In this document: positions 25,061 to 38,499 of the stretch, piece after piece
Layout of the letters: each line of letters opens with the position of its first letter
Position numbering within the stretch: the stretch's first letter is position 1
Source of the DNA: Felis catus
Taxonomy: Eukaryota
NCBI RefSeq assembly: GCF_018350175.1
Contig: NC_058383.1
Coordinates: 8,744,001-8,808,000, forward strand
Direction: 5' to 3'
Length of the DNA: 64,000 nt
Notes under the pieces: model-generated
Databases searched by the model: none
What the model was told of the DNA's origin: nothing
The model's input: only the letters and a program-made list of their open reading frames with translations
Program-made: the position numbers and the translations under genes

Positions 25061-27344
25061 CGGACCCCTTGCATTTCAATACGAATCTTAAGGATCATCT
25101 TGCCAGTTTCTGCCACAAAGCTGGCTGGGGTTTTGACAGGCATTGCGCCGAATCTGTAGATCGAATTTGGGACTTTTGCCATCTTAACAATATTAAGTCT
25201 CCCAGTCCATGGACATTTTAAAATCTCACTTTCAGATGGTTTATGGCTAGTGGATAGAAAGACCATCGATTTTTGTGTATTGATCTTGTATTGTGGAACC
25301 TTGCTGAACACTATATGTGTTTTTATATCTTTAAGATTTTTTTTTTTTTTTTTTTTTTACTATATACATATATATCCTGTTCATAAAAACCGTGTTTGAA
25401 AAGCGTCACGTAGGAAAAGAAAAGGAAGAAAACCTCGGGTAGGCATTCGGCCTCCTCCACGGCCCCACTGGGATTTATCGGTGAGGTTTGGGCGGGGGTC
25501 GGCTGAGGCCCCAGAGGATAGGCTAGCACAACGCCAGGCACACGTCAGCCACCGCTTAAATGACCCTGTTGCCCAAGTGAAGGGCTGAACAAACCAGGAA
25601 GGAATTCGGGCAGCCAGACGGTCCACCTCAGGGGCGCCCTGCTGTTGGCAGAGGCTTTCCTCCTGGGAAGCTGCGACCCTGCCTTGTAGCCTCTACCTGT
25701 TGGGCCTGGTTTTGCAGTCGGGGGAGAGAAGACAGCTCATCGTCCTTGCCCCCAGCAGCCCTTCAGAGCGTGCTGACAGCCGGAAGGTCAGATGTGCGTG
25801 GCAAACGGTAAAGGAAAGAGAGGACTAACCGCCGGTTACTGCTTTCATCGTCTCTACCGTAATTGTCCTGCTGTTCTCTGCCACAGATCCCTTCCCCATG
25901 GCCCCACACCTTTATTTCCCCGCCTGTCCTTCGTGCCACGATCTTCTCCTGGCCTCTCCGGTTGCCTTCTCTTGGAGACTTGGTCCAGGCGGGAGGCGGG
26001 TGGTTACGGAATATTCCATCGGTTATGTAGGAAGCCACTGTGTGGTGTTACCCACGTCTACGCTGCATTGCTTCCTAACTGAAAGCGTCCTGTGGGATTT
26101 GTCCATCCCGCTTCCAGCCGTGTGGGGCTTTCCAGCGAATCTTGTCCACTTGGTAACTTTGCACTAACAGACTGGAGAAGGCGTTTCCTATAATTAATTC
26201 CCTGCCACGCGGAGTATCCCGGATGTGATGCTTCCTCACTGGTGTCTGTCTGCGAGTTGGAGGTCAGGAAGGAATGTGACCTTGACAAAGAAAGCTGGTG
26301 ATGGCTGCTGGGCTGGCGGGGGGCAGGTGGGCAGCTGGGCTCCCACGTGGGCGCGTTCCCAGTCTCTCCTCCTTCCACGTTGCTCCAAAGGCAGCCTGGG
26401 CGCCAGAAGAGGGGCTCCCTCCGCCCCGGGGTCCTCTCGTGTCTCCCACGTGGCTCGCAGCAAATATGCTCTCTGCCGCTGTGATCTTGCTTTAGAAAAC
26501 GTATACCTTCCTTTTACGTGGCCGTGTTCATTTCAAATGAGAACTCCAAAGCTGGGGCCACGCCCGCATCTCTTTTGGACAGGATCTTGGTCATTCTCCG
26601 TTGACTTCCGGTTATCCCACGTGACTCCTCCAATCAATCGTGTTTTGCTCTTGAAAGACGGAGAGCGAGACAGAACTGTTCCCGTCCCTGAAGCTCTTGC
26701 TGGTCCTTGTCGGCCTATAGTCCAGCAGAGCACATCGATCTGAAGATTCTGTGAATGGTCCGTGTTTAGTCCTAACTCATTAGCTTGGGAATTCCCAGGG
26801 TGCAGGCTAGGGGGTGTTTGTGGGCGTGCCATTGCCGCCACGGCACCGTAGGTGTTGTTTAAGCGTCTCCGTCCCCCAAGACTTGAAACAGAGGAAGACG
26901 GCCTGTGGCGTGGTGGCAAGAGAATGCTGCATTTGGATTTTTTCTAGAAAGTCACCAATGTTTTCTCAGATTCTGTACACTCCAGATTCTGCCGGCTGCT
27001 TGATATGGGAGATTCTCATAGTTGATTTTCACAGCCCAGCAAGGAGCAGGTTATTCACTAGACAGATGAAGAGACCAAGGCGTAGTTTAAGTAACCCCCC
27101 TCCAGACCATCCGGCAAGCATGCGCTAGGGCCGACCTCAGACCGGCGTCTCTGTTCCTTCGAAGCGCACGTTTCTTTCCACTGACTGCACGGCCCCGGGC
27201 CCCGTGCAAGCCCCAGGGTGCTGTGCTGGGTGTCATCATATGCTTAGTGGCGTCCTTTAGGGGCCTGGCTCCAGACGTGGTCGGTTTCCGCATCTGAGAA
27301 GCGGCGTTACCAATCTGGCAACGGCATCACCATTCACAGCAACC

Positions 27345-27450
27345 AAGGCTGATTCTCCCCACTTTGCAGACAAGGAAACTGAGGCACAGAGGTTAATTCG
27401 GTGGCTGAGGTAGCACACCTGTGTCAGTGCTGGGGCCGGGACTCACCCTT
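27345..27450 (-). mobile_element. MIR core relic
   Basis: ccccactttgcagacaaggaaactgaggcacagaggttaa. Confidence 0.7.
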
Positions 27451-28399
27451 CTTCTTCCCACACCATATCCAGGCCCTCAGCCCTGCGTGCCACCGCCCTA
27501 CCTACCACCTGTGCCTGGCAGGGCCCCGGGCGGCACCCTGGAATCATGAGCCTTTGCATTTCAGGATACACAACACTGGGGGAGCATGAGGACCAGTCCT
27601 TCCGTCTCGTATGTTTTTGGTGATCCCTAGGCCCTTGTAAAAAGCCCACACCGTTGTCTGTACCCGGGCCTCGTGACAGGGTACCCGCGTGTGGCCTGTG
27701 GGGGGTGGCAGCCCAGCGGGGCAGGGCCAGGCGCCCGCAGCAACCTGCTCACCGCACTGAGGAATGGCTTCCTTGTCTCTGAGCGCGGCGTGCAACAGGT
27801 GTGGCACCCAGACCGAGGCCACCAGTGTACAAGCAGGGTGCGCGCTGTCATAATAACAGTGAGGGTATCCTGCGCCTCCCAAGTGCTCGGCCCAGTTACG
27901 GGCACATTCCTTGTTACTATTTACCTAAAACCTACGAAGAGGTCTTATTTTCTCCCATTTTAGAGACGACATCACCTGGTGATTTCATCACCCGGTTATT
28001 TACCCCAACCGCCCCCCACACCCCCCACACCCCCCGCCCCACCACTTTCCTCCGCTGCTGCCACTTCCCCCGGGCTGTCTTGTTCCGACAAGGAAGTTAG
28101 CGCTTCCCTAAACTAGGCCCGAACTTGGCTGTCATGGCTTCCCGCTTTTTAGACTAGACTAAATGGGGCACGGTAAAAGCCCCCCTGAAGCTCTTAATTA
28201 TAGGAAGCCGCCTCCTCCAGTCTGATGCTACGGTTACCGATGCCGCAGGATGCAGCAGTGCATTACGAGGAGTCCCTTAGCCCGTCAGCCGTTTCTGCCT
28301 GGAACCTACCCGCATCCATTCACAGATGCTCCCCAGGCAGCCTCCCGCGTCCGTTGGGACCCGGGCGCTGGGGTGAAGAGAGGAAGGCGCCTGTGCCCC

Positions 28400-29110
28400 T
28401 GCTCCTGGCCTGGGATAGACCACAGGGTCGTGGGGAGGAAGCTCGTGGACGTGAGTCATCATCACATGGTGTGGGAAGTGTGCAGAGAGGGATTTGCAAA
28501 GAGCCCAGGTGGCACAGGGACCGAGTGACCAGTGGCGCCCGGGAAATCAGGAGGACACCGCAAAGGAGGCGTCGCCGAGACTGGCTCGAGAAAGAGAGCT
28601 GGACTCCCCCGTAGGTGAAGAGCATTCCAGCCAGAGGACCTAGTGTACAAAGACCTAGAGGCCTGGAGGGGCGTGGCGTGTCGAGGGGACCGGGGCTTGG
28701 TGTGGAGAAGCCCGGTCAGTCTGGGACTTCGTGGGAGGTGAAGTCAGCAGGGTGAAGCACGGGCCGCGCCGGGAAGGGCTTTGGGGCCTCAGCCTGAGGA
28801 GTGTGGATTGTAGAATGGGAGTGAGGAGAAGCCACCAGGGCAGAGTGGCTCTATGTTTTTTCTGGGTTCTGGGACAGGGACCCCGGGGCCCTGAGAAGGA
28901 CACACCATACTCCGTGGCAGGCCACAGTTCCGGAGATCCGCCGGGCATGGGTCTGCAGCGTCCGAACTGGAAGTCGTGGGGGCGGGGGGGGGGGGGGCAG
29001 GGGAGGGTGTCAATTAAGTCTGAAGCATCAAAGGCAGGAAGGAGATAGTTCTGAGATCGATTTCTGAGGCCAAACGAACAGAACTTGTTACTTGATTGAT
29101 GGTTAAGGCT
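28400..29110 (-). mobile_element. L2 LINE relic
   Basis: Purine-rich degraded sequence with L2-like motifs (ttctgagatcgatttctgagg...acagaacttgttacttgattgatg). Confidence 0.45.
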
Positions 29111-29904
29111 GGTCGTCAAGGGGGATTTATACATCTGTAAATATTACACCGTTCCGTCCTTTTTCCACCTCTAAGCAAAGCATTTTGCAGTTAAAATTCA
29201 GGCCTGTGCTCGTCCCCCCCCCCCCCCCATTCCCTTCCCCAGTGGCAAACAGGAGAATCCTATCGCGAATTCAAGTAACAGCCCCCAACGCCTCAGACCC
29301 GTCAGTGTTCCAAGTCACGGGCGAGTGAGGGATCTCCACAGGGAATGTCACCTGAAGACATCAGCATGCCCCTGAGAGTGAGAGCGCACCCTGTGCGTGT
29401 CACACAGGGGCCAGTCGGAACAGGTTTTAAAAGCGGCGTGGCGGTTTGTACAAAAACGGATGCCTTGAGCGTGTAAATTCTCTTCCGACTGACCCTCTGA
29501 AAGCGGACACGTAATTTAGATGATATTTGCATGATGTTTCATTCCCCTTCTAGGTACATCGCGGGTCAGTGATTATCCCCAGCCCTGAGAACCAGCTCAC
29601 CAAGAGCTCCACGCCGTTAGATCTTCTGTCTCATTTGATTCTCCAGGGCTCCTGTAAGACAGGCATTCCGGCCGTTCCCTTCTCGTAGGCATAGAAAATA
29701 AAATGCAGAGAGGCAGAGGGTACGTGGCTGGCTTAACATTCCCAAATGCACGAACGGAGCCCTGTCGTCAATCCAGTCTAGTGGTTTCAAGTCCTGTGCC
29801 CTTTCTACTTTGATACGACCCTCCCCCGCCCTGCCCACGGTAAAAATAATTTAAAATATCGTTTGGCCCTCACGATATTGGGGATTTGGTCCTTGTTTTT
29901 ACTT

Positions 29905-30290
29905 TGTGCTGTCTTAGCAGCGTGACCACCCCGGGACTGATAACAGACAGCTTGACTAGATCGTGCTGGAGTAACAACCCCAAGTCTCAGTGGCCTACAG
30001 CAACAGATTGCTTCTGGTCCATATAATACGGGCCGTGGGCCGACTGCCGGCCTGGGGACCGTGTGTGGTCCTCATTAGGAGACCCCAGTGGAAAAAGTGG
30101 CTCCTGTCAGGTCACACTGGCCTCACGACAGAAGAAAAGAGTGCCGTGCCGTGGCTGAACCACTACTAGATTGCTTTTTTAATCTTAAGCTTGAGCGTGG
30201 CGCCTGGCCCTGTCACTTGTGTGGCGTTGGCCAGAGCAGCTCACGTGGTCAAACCTGACATCAGGGGGGCAGGAAAGCGCCCGCCACAAG
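29905..30290. mobile_element. Old MLT1 (H/J/K-like) LTR relic
   Basis: gtaacaaccccaagtctcagtggcctacagcaacaga...ttggccagagcagctcacgtggtcaaacctgacatcaggggggcaggaa. Confidence 0.5.
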
Positions 30291-32029
30291 CACGCTGCCA
30301 CTGCCTCGGCCTGCTCTCCGTCACGCAGGGAGGGTGACGGTCACGGCAGCAACGAGTCGAGAACCCGCACGACCCCCAAAACCCCACAGTGCGGTTCTGC
30401 TGGCGCCCCTGTGCCCGGGCACCTGCTCACCCCCTCCCGGTTTCAGGGGTCACACAGGTGATCTCCAAAACCCTCCCAACCTGGCCTGAGTGTGCGTACG
30501 ACTGTAGGCAAGGATGGGTTGTTTCGGATTCAGAATAAGCTCCCTTCCAATACACTCGTATCTTTAGCTTTAATTCTTATTACAGAAAAGCCAAAGTCCG
30601 CACGGTGAGCATGGCGTTGCTGAGGGGGTAACCGGTGGGTCCGGGGACCTGCCGAGCAGCCCCCCCACGCTTCCTGCCGCTGAGGATGCACGGCCCACTG
30701 CAGGAGGGCGCTGTCGGGCGGCTGCCGTGGGGAGAGAGGCTTCGAGCGCGGGCCCCAGCCAAGTGGCTGTCGTCACATCAGCACGTGAACCATACTTTCC
30801 AAAGAACTCTTTACGTTACTAAGCATTTTCGTGTAGATTTAAAACGGGATCCCCTGACTGCCTGCTCACTTCGGCAGGTGAAGCTGGTGCTCACTTGAGG
30901 CACGTGGCCACTCGTACAATAAGAAGATACCAGACACCTGCCGTGCGCCAGTCAGCAGGAAAGGCAGTTGAGGCAAAAAGCATAGTGCGGGCTTTCAAGG
31001 AACCCAGGATCTCCAGAGGGAGCCTCATCTGCAGTCCTGGAACTTCCAGACAATCCCATGTGGCGATGGGTGTGTCCCACAGGCAGCGGGGAGATGGGTC
31101 AGTGGAGCCTCGAGGATCAGAGGAACATTCCAAGGAGGCGCCTTCCAGGCTGCGGGGAAATTGCTCGAGTATTCAGGGAACAGGGAGTAACCGGGCGTGG
31201 CAGGAGGTGAGGCTGATCCCTGGAGCCGAACAGGTTTTCCCCAGGGCCAGGACTTGAGTGCAACCAGAGCTGCGCCAGACCTGGCCCAGTTCCGCCACCC
31301 CTGACCTTCACCTCGCTCACAATGGCTTTGAGGGGGCGGGGATGGCAGACAGACTCTACCGCAGGCTATCTCTGCACACTACGTAGTCAGAGTGTCTAAC
31401 CTGGATCCTCCTTCCAGTTATCTGCTGGAAGACCTTACCTCACACCTCCTCGGGGCTGCCTGCTGAGGGCCTGGCTCAAGGTCACAAAGGCAGGCAGTGC
31501 ACACACCTGAGCACCTGCAGCAGACAGGCGTGGAGAGGGGAGCAGTTTGGGGATGAGGACGACACTGTCCCTCTCCCCCTCACTCAGAACGCTAAAGGGA
31601 GATGGCCCCGCGTCCCGGGCCGTAACTGCATGGATACCCCAGGAAAGCTCTGGAAAGTGACAAAGCCAGCCCTTCCCCGGGCCAGGCACTGAGCCTCCTT
31701 ACCCCCGTGAGCTCATCTGCCCGCTCCGTCCTGGCAGGTGGGCGCCATCACCCCCAGCCCAGCCCCGGGGTCCCCCTTCGCCCTCCAAACTCAGAGCCCT
31801 GCCAGCCACGGGAACCCGGCAGCCGCCGTCTCTCCAAGCGTGGATAGGTCTCTAGCAGCGGGGATGCGAGCAAGGGGTAGTCTAGTACGCAGAAGCACTG
31901 GGAAGTGCCTGGCCGCAGCGAGGGGAATCCCACCACGGAGCTGGGACAGAGGATCGACCGAAACCCAGACTCCAGCGCTGGTCGTGGATGAGGGTGCTGA
32001 CCATACGGGCGTCAAGAGAGTGAATGAGA

Positions 32030-32258
32030 GGGGCGCCTGGGTGGCGCAGTCGGTTAAGCGTCCGACTTCAGCCAGGTCACGATCTCGCGGTCTGTGAGTT
32101 CGAGCCCCGCGTCGGGCTCTGGGCTGATGGCTCAGAGCCTGGAGCCTGTTTCCGATTCTGTGTCTCCCTCTCTCTCTGCCCCTCCCCCGTTTGTGCTCTG
32201 TCTCTCTCTGTCCCAAAAATAAATAAACGTTGAAAAAAAAAAATTAAAAAAAAAAAAA
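32030..32258 (+). mobile_element. Young CanSINE (SINEC_Fc-like), full length
   Basis: Intact head, long A tail, perfect 16-bp TSD aagagagtgaatgaga (32014-32029 and 32259-32274). Confidence 0.97.
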
Positions 32259-32532
32259 AAGAGAGTGAATGAGAATAGAGTAGCATCATTCCCAGAACCA
32301 ACACATTCTTCCAGGTTCGGAGATCGTACGGGGAGGGGGGGGGCTGGGTAGGGTCCCTCATCAAGTAGAAACTCAACCACGTGCAGAGTGCTCATTGCCT
32401 TGTAGTCAGTCCAGCTGCTTAATGAATTAATTAAGCTCATTGCCCTGACCTTGTTCTCCCAGGGCGGGCTTTGAATTTTCTTGCATTTGTGGAAAGGGGA
32501 CACACAGGAAGAGAGCTCAGAATCACGGTCCC

Positions 32533-32953
32533 TGTGTTAATCTGCTGGAGCTGCCGTGAGCAGGTACCACACTGACCAGCTTAAACAACTCATGCTTCTG
32601 GGGACTAGAAGGCCAAGATCAAGATGTGGGCAGTATGGGTTCCTTCTGAGGCTATGAGGGAGGATCTGTCCCCAGCCTCTCTCCTGGCTTCTTGTGGTTT
32701 GCTGTCAGACTTCAGTGTTTATCACCCCGGTCTCTGCCTTTGTGTCCACATGGGGTCCTCCCTGGATGTTTGTCTCTGTGTCCTAAGCTCACCGTTCTAT
32801 AAGGACAGGGTCATATTGAATTAGGCTTCCCCCCAATAACCTCCTCTTACCTTGATCACCTGCAAAGGCCTTATTTCCAAATAAGGTCACATTGACAAGT
32901 ATGGGGAATCAGGACTTCAACATCTTTGAGGGGACACAGTTCAACCCATAACA
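32533..32953 (-). mobile_element. MLT1 (C/D-like) MaLR solo LTR
   Basis: Ends tttccaaataaggtcacatt...ggacttcaacatctttgaggggacacagttcaacccataaca, the reverse complement of the MLT1 5' terminus tgttatgggttgaa. Confidence 0.8.
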
Positions 32954-33469
32954 GTCCCCAAGTTTGCTGTGCAAATTACCAACCCCATTCCAACCTCCCT
33001 CCCCATCAACAACCCAGATAGGACAGACAGGACCACATTTCAGGATCCTTCCATATCCTATCCTTTGCCTACCACAGGGGCAGCTACCCTTCGTGCCCTT
33101 GGTCAGAATACCTGGAAAGCGAGGGACCCTCGCTAGGTGCGTCTTGAGTTGGGTGGAGAAGCCTTTATTGGTGTCGAGAGGTACAAAGAACAGGCAGGAC
33201 ATCTGCCCTGTTTTCTGGGCAGAAACTCTGGTCCCCGGGAGCACGTTGCTCCCCAGAGGGAACAGAAAGATCCAGAGCACAGGGAGTGTTGCAGACATCT
33301 GAAGAGGTGACTCCACTTTTCCTCAAACCATCTATGTGTGGAGCAGTCGGATACAGAGGAAATCGGTACTTTAACACATTTTCCAAATCTTGCAATAGAT
33401 ATTGAAAAAGATTTTTAGGTTACGAAAGCACAGTATAAAATTTTACGTATGATTTAATTTCAAATACAC

Positions 33470-33735
33470 ATATTTTAACAGCTTTATTGAGATATAATTC
33501 ACGTACCATATAACTCACTCATTTAAAGTCCACAGCCCATTGACTTTGAATATAGTCAATACAGTCAATGTGCAACCATTTCCACAATTAACTGTAGAGC
33601 ATTTCATCACCCCAAAAAGAAACCCGGCACCCCTAAGCCATCATTCTCCAAACCCCTCATCCTCCCTGGCCCCAGACAACCACTCGTCTACTTTCTGGTC
33701 TCTATAATTTGCCTCTGTGACTACATTTCATTCAA
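33470..33735 (-). mobile_element. L1MB-like 3'-end fragment
   Basis: ttttaacagctttattgagatataattcac...atttcatcaccccaaaaagaaaccc...acaaccactcgtctactttctg. Confidence 0.8.
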
Positions 33736-35005
33736 CTATATATTGTTTTCAATTAGAAAAAAAAATTTTGAAGGGAACTAGAGACCAGGGGATGACTTCT
33801 ACTAGAGAGTGGCAGAATTCGGATTTTTATTTCTCTCCCTCTCTCTCTCTCTTTCGGTATTTGTCTAATTACTCAATGAGCATGAATTGCTAACACTCGG
33901 GAGGGGGGAGAAATGTTTTATTTTAAAAATAAAGAGAAAACTATCTTGTCACTTTTAAGTAGTCCTTCAGGTTTCTCCAAACACTTCCCCAGCACCTAAA
34001 TCCCACTCTCGTTTTCCCGGGGGACGTGTGTCTGAGTTCCAAACAGCTGACTTCAAACGGGAATTTGGGGGCACAACGTGCTGGAAGCTGGAACTGCTGG
34101 TGTGCTTGCTCTGCATCGGGCTTCCGGAGACCTGTCCCCCGCCAGCCCTTGGGTCCTACTCCCCAGCATCTTCCAGTCCTACCTCAGGTGGCCTCTCTCG
34201 GCCCCGAACAAATTGTTGGTTGGCTCCCACGAGAGACCCTGTAATTAAGCCACATCCTTTTGCCTCTTTAATAACACTGGAGACAGTATAATTCTGCGAG
34301 GGGACAGAAGGAGTATGTAATTTAGTGTCCTTTTCCTGAGCCAATATGAACCCCGTGCATGTAGTATCCTGCATGCTTCAGGTGTAAAAAGTGATCTGAT
34401 GTCTCAACAAGTGTGTTCTGTGAGCAAAACAACGTACTGAGTTCATCCAGCAATCAGAGGCTCTCTGGATGTGTGTCCGGCACATTTAGGAGTTTCCTGC
34501 GTTCCCTTTCTTTGATGAATAGACTTTCTGCTGGCTCATCCGGGTTAAGTCACGAGACAAACTGATGCTGGCCACTGTCACAGAAACTAGCCTGGTGCCT
34601 AAGCTAGAAACCTGGGTGCCGTCCTTGACTTGCCTGCCTCCTCTGTGCCTCCTCGTATCAACTCGGTTTGACCTCATTCTCCCCGATTGGCCCCTTTTCC
34701 CCAATCCCTATGGTTGCCATCGCTCACTGGGTGAGGGCACAGACCCCGGAATGGTCACTCCTACGTGCACTGCTGACCTTTCGTGATCTGACCTGCTCAC
34801 CTGCCCACTCCTGTTACCCACGTATCCACATTCCCACCCCAGCAGACCCCCATGTTCCCTGGTGTGTTGTGACAGCCCCATCCGTGGGTTGTTGATCTGG
34901 ATTCCAGGGCCACAACACAAGAGGACATGCGAGTGCTCTAAGGAGAGCACATAACCACGTGTGTGTGTGTTTCTAGGAGGAGGGTCCTTGGCTTTCATAA
35001 AATTC

Positions 35006-35273
35006 TTTTACTTTTTAAAGTTTATTTACTTTGAGAGAGAGAGAGAGAGAGTGCTCATGTGGGACGGGGGGGGGGGGGGGTGGACGGTAGGTGGAGGGGC
35101 AGAGAGAGAGAATCCCAGGCAGGTTCCGCACTCAGCGCAGAGCCCAACGCGGGGCTCGATCCCACAAGCCATGAGATCGTGACCTGAGCCGAAATCAAGA
35201 GTCAGGTGCTCAACTGACTGAGCCACCCTCATAAAATTAGGCAGAAGTATGTCTAGGAATTGTGAGGCACCCC
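35006..35273 (-). mobile_element. CanSINE with a 36-bp insert in its head
   Basis: Body intact up to agccaccc, then the insert, then aggcacccc; TSD tcat(a/t)aaattc. Confidence 0.88.
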
Positions 35274-35871
35274 TCATTAAATTCCTAAGGAGGATGTATG
35301 AACCCCCAGATTTTAAGAGTTTTGCTCCAGGTGTTTGAATAGGTCCCTCCCTTTTCACACAGTCTCTCTCCTTCCCATCTGGTGAACTGCTCTTGGATGG
35401 TCACTCGCTTTCCTGCTTGATGGCCCTTTCTCAGTGTCCCTATGCCTCTGCTTACCCGGCACTTTCCCGGCGGGGATTCAGTCACCTGTTTCCCCTACCG
35501 GACCACAGCTCCTGTGGCTGGGAGCTGTCGCTCTGCCCTCGCCTCCCACACGGTGTCCGCCTACGGTCGGCCCCCAGTAACCACTGGCAGAGGAAGGAAA
35601 GGGACCGTCTTCCTCTGTGGGGAGCCCCCACTCAGCTGGGCAGTGGGACCGAGTGTCACAAATGGCCACATAATTGCACAGCACCGCTCCTGCCTCGTCC
35701 CCCTCGCCGACCGGGCCACGTGGATGGTCTCCCTTTCGTGTGTTTGCAGCCATCTTCCCCGAGAGGAAGGCCCAGCTGCCCGGCATTTTCGTGAACAAAT
35801 CAGACTTCTGTTTGCCGTGGGAACTCACTAGATGTGTGATGATTTCTAAATTACCTCTTGACACATTTTAA

Positions 35872-36075
<204 letters not shown>

Positions 36076-37607
36076 TAAGGGACTTATATCAGCAATGGCA
36101 TCTCCCCCAGGGAATTCTGGGACTATGGAGTCTCCAAAACCCAGACTTTGGTTGGGTACGGACATCAGCTGCATATTTGCTGAAGTTAATCAGATAGCTT
36201 CCCTTTGATGCCTTTGTAAATGCAGAGACTCAAATCCGTGGGGCTACCTTTCTCTTTGGTATAAAAGGCTACACATTCCCAGAGAAGAAATAGAACCCAC
36301 GTGTGTGCTACGTAGACATTGTGGACGTTGACGGTTCTGGGCTGGCCGATTCCGCTTTCAGGAGTGGCCCTAATGGGGCACCTGGAACACTTCCTCCCTC
36401 CCAGGTCATCCAGGGAATCCGCAGCCTCTGGGCAAGTCTTTCACTGAAGGGTGATAGCCAAGGGCAAGGGGTGGCCTGTTGACCACATATGTGGGTTCTT
36501 TCCTTTAAAGAAACTAAGGAGTTAAATTTTTAATGATGCTTGCTGGGCATTCAGAGAAGCGATGGCTTTTCATTCCTTATTTTAGAAAAGTGAGGCAGAT
36601 ATTAGGGCACCTTGAGCCATGGGTCCCACTGGTCCTCTCTTTGTGGGTGTTGCCCTCACCAGGAACTCATGGGGTAGTGATGGCCATCATCATGTGAGTC
36701 CCAGCTCAGTCCTGGGAAGGCTCAGATCAGAAAATTAGGAAAGCAGTTTGAATGTCCTCCTCTTTTGACCAAGAAAGCCCAGTTATCACCACCCTCCCCT
36801 CCCCAGCTACTGGAGTTGCTCTCTTGCTCCTAGCAATCCTTTGAACATTGCTGGCATTACTGGAGCCACTTTTAACAAGGCAGAGCAGAAGCACGTCTCC
36901 TTGGTGTCTGTACTTGGACTCCAGTTCAAGTTCACCATTGGCTCTGCTGTCCCCTCCAGGAGTGGGGGTTAATGGAGCCCACACCAAGCTAAAGGTGGCG
37001 GAAAACGTTCTGGAAGCTTTGGACAAAGAGGAGGGAGATAGAGATTCTCCTGCCAGGGCCTATTGTGCGGTCTTGGCCACATTCTTTTTCTTCTCTGGAC
37101 CTCAGCTTCCTCATCTGGAAAATGGAATAAGATGGGGAACAGCCTAGTGATGAGAATGGTTTTCTTTGAACTTCTCACAGTCTTGGAGCACATCCAGCCC
37201 TAGGTTCCAAATTCTAGCCTGTTGATTTTCTGCAAGAGTTTGTATCCCCCTAGGGGTTCCCTGAAGACTCTGGCTGGGGCTCACGAAGAGGCTCCTTCAT
37301 AGTAACTGGATCATTCGATGCCTTACATGCACTACATCTTGGGAATCGGCCGCGTGTTGGGCCTGTTTGCATTTTCTTTTGCAAGTTTTGTGTCGGTGAC
37401 TTAGTTGAAAGGGGACAGGCTTATTTTGTCTTCGCCAGAGACCCAGAGAGCCTTTCACTACTGTTTTCTAAATAATGTACACTCTCTTTCTTACACGTCC
37501 ATTTGTACCTGAGTTTTCCCTTAGTGAGGTTTCTCAACTGGGCAGTCTATTGGACTTCTCTTTCTGAAATTATTTTCTGTCTTTATTTCCCATAAACCAA
37601 GAAGAGA

Positions 37608-37611
37608 TTTT

Positions 37612-37650
<39 letters not shown>

Positions 37651-37652
37651 TT
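37608..37652. repeat. (TTTA)n microsatellite
   Basis: About 10 perfect TTTA units. Confidence 0.92.
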
Positions 37653-38499
37653 AATTACCAAAACTCCTCTTTGCCTGAGCAAGGGAAAGAGGACTCATCC
37701 AGAGACATAGATCATTTTTACAGAATTTTGATTGTAACATGGGCATATATTTATATTTTGCTTTTCTTGCTTACTACCATCCCAGAAGCATTTTTTCCCA
37801 TATTGATGATACTCTTCACAATGATCGTTTTTGGCCAGAGAATCCCAGCTTGGCAGTTTCAATTTCAGATGGTAGGAGCAAACGACGTTTGATGTTTTCT
37901 GTTAGAGTAAAAGTCCATCGAAATTCGTCCACCTGTTTTGCCCCCCTCCCAGGTATTTCTTCCTTTACAAATGCCATGGCCTGATGGCTCTAACAAGTGC
38001 CTTGAAAAGCAGGAATGGAGCTTGGAGCATTCTACCTGTGTGTTGAAGTCTGCTTACTGCTCAGATGAAGTAATCCTGCGGCTGAGGCTTACAGGAAGGG
38101 CCTGGTCAATAGCATTGCATTTACTGACAGTCACGCAGTTGCGGGGAGTCAGGGTGTCTTAACTGTCTGTGCGCTTCGGGCTTCGATCCAGCTGAACCCA
38201 GAAACATTGGCGGGGCGTGTTGAGTTGTACTCGCAAGAAACAGCAACTTACACTGTCAGAAAAGTGAAGGACGCTCCTGAGAATAGCGGGATGGGGATTT
38301 CGGCCCTGCGTCACGTGGCCCAGTTCCAGGAGCCCAGGAAGAGCTGACCAGGTGGCTCCAGGAAGAGGGGGAGCCAAGGTCCCACCGGCCAAGGAGGCTG
38401 GCCTGGAAGCCTGACAGAACCACCCCCTGCCCCGGACGGACCCCCTGCCCGAAATCTTACTTGTTTGTGTCTTTTCCTCGTTTCTCACCTGTTGGCTCT

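Larger units (their letters stand above)
23190..25330 (-). mobile_element. L1 (L1MB-like) 3' UTR plus ORF2 C-terminal remnant, interrupted by two CanSINEs
   Basis: ORF 25033..25311 contains FSKV..YKIN.QKS..FL and GRLNIVKMA...SIYRF, typical of L1 ORF2. The 3' end ccagaacatttccatcaccccgagaaaagaaaccc is typical of L1MB elements. Confidence 0.88.

Noticed and set aside
25033..25311. ORF with L1 ORF2 similarity
   Set aside because: A short remnant with an internal deletion and SINE interruptions; not a functional gene.
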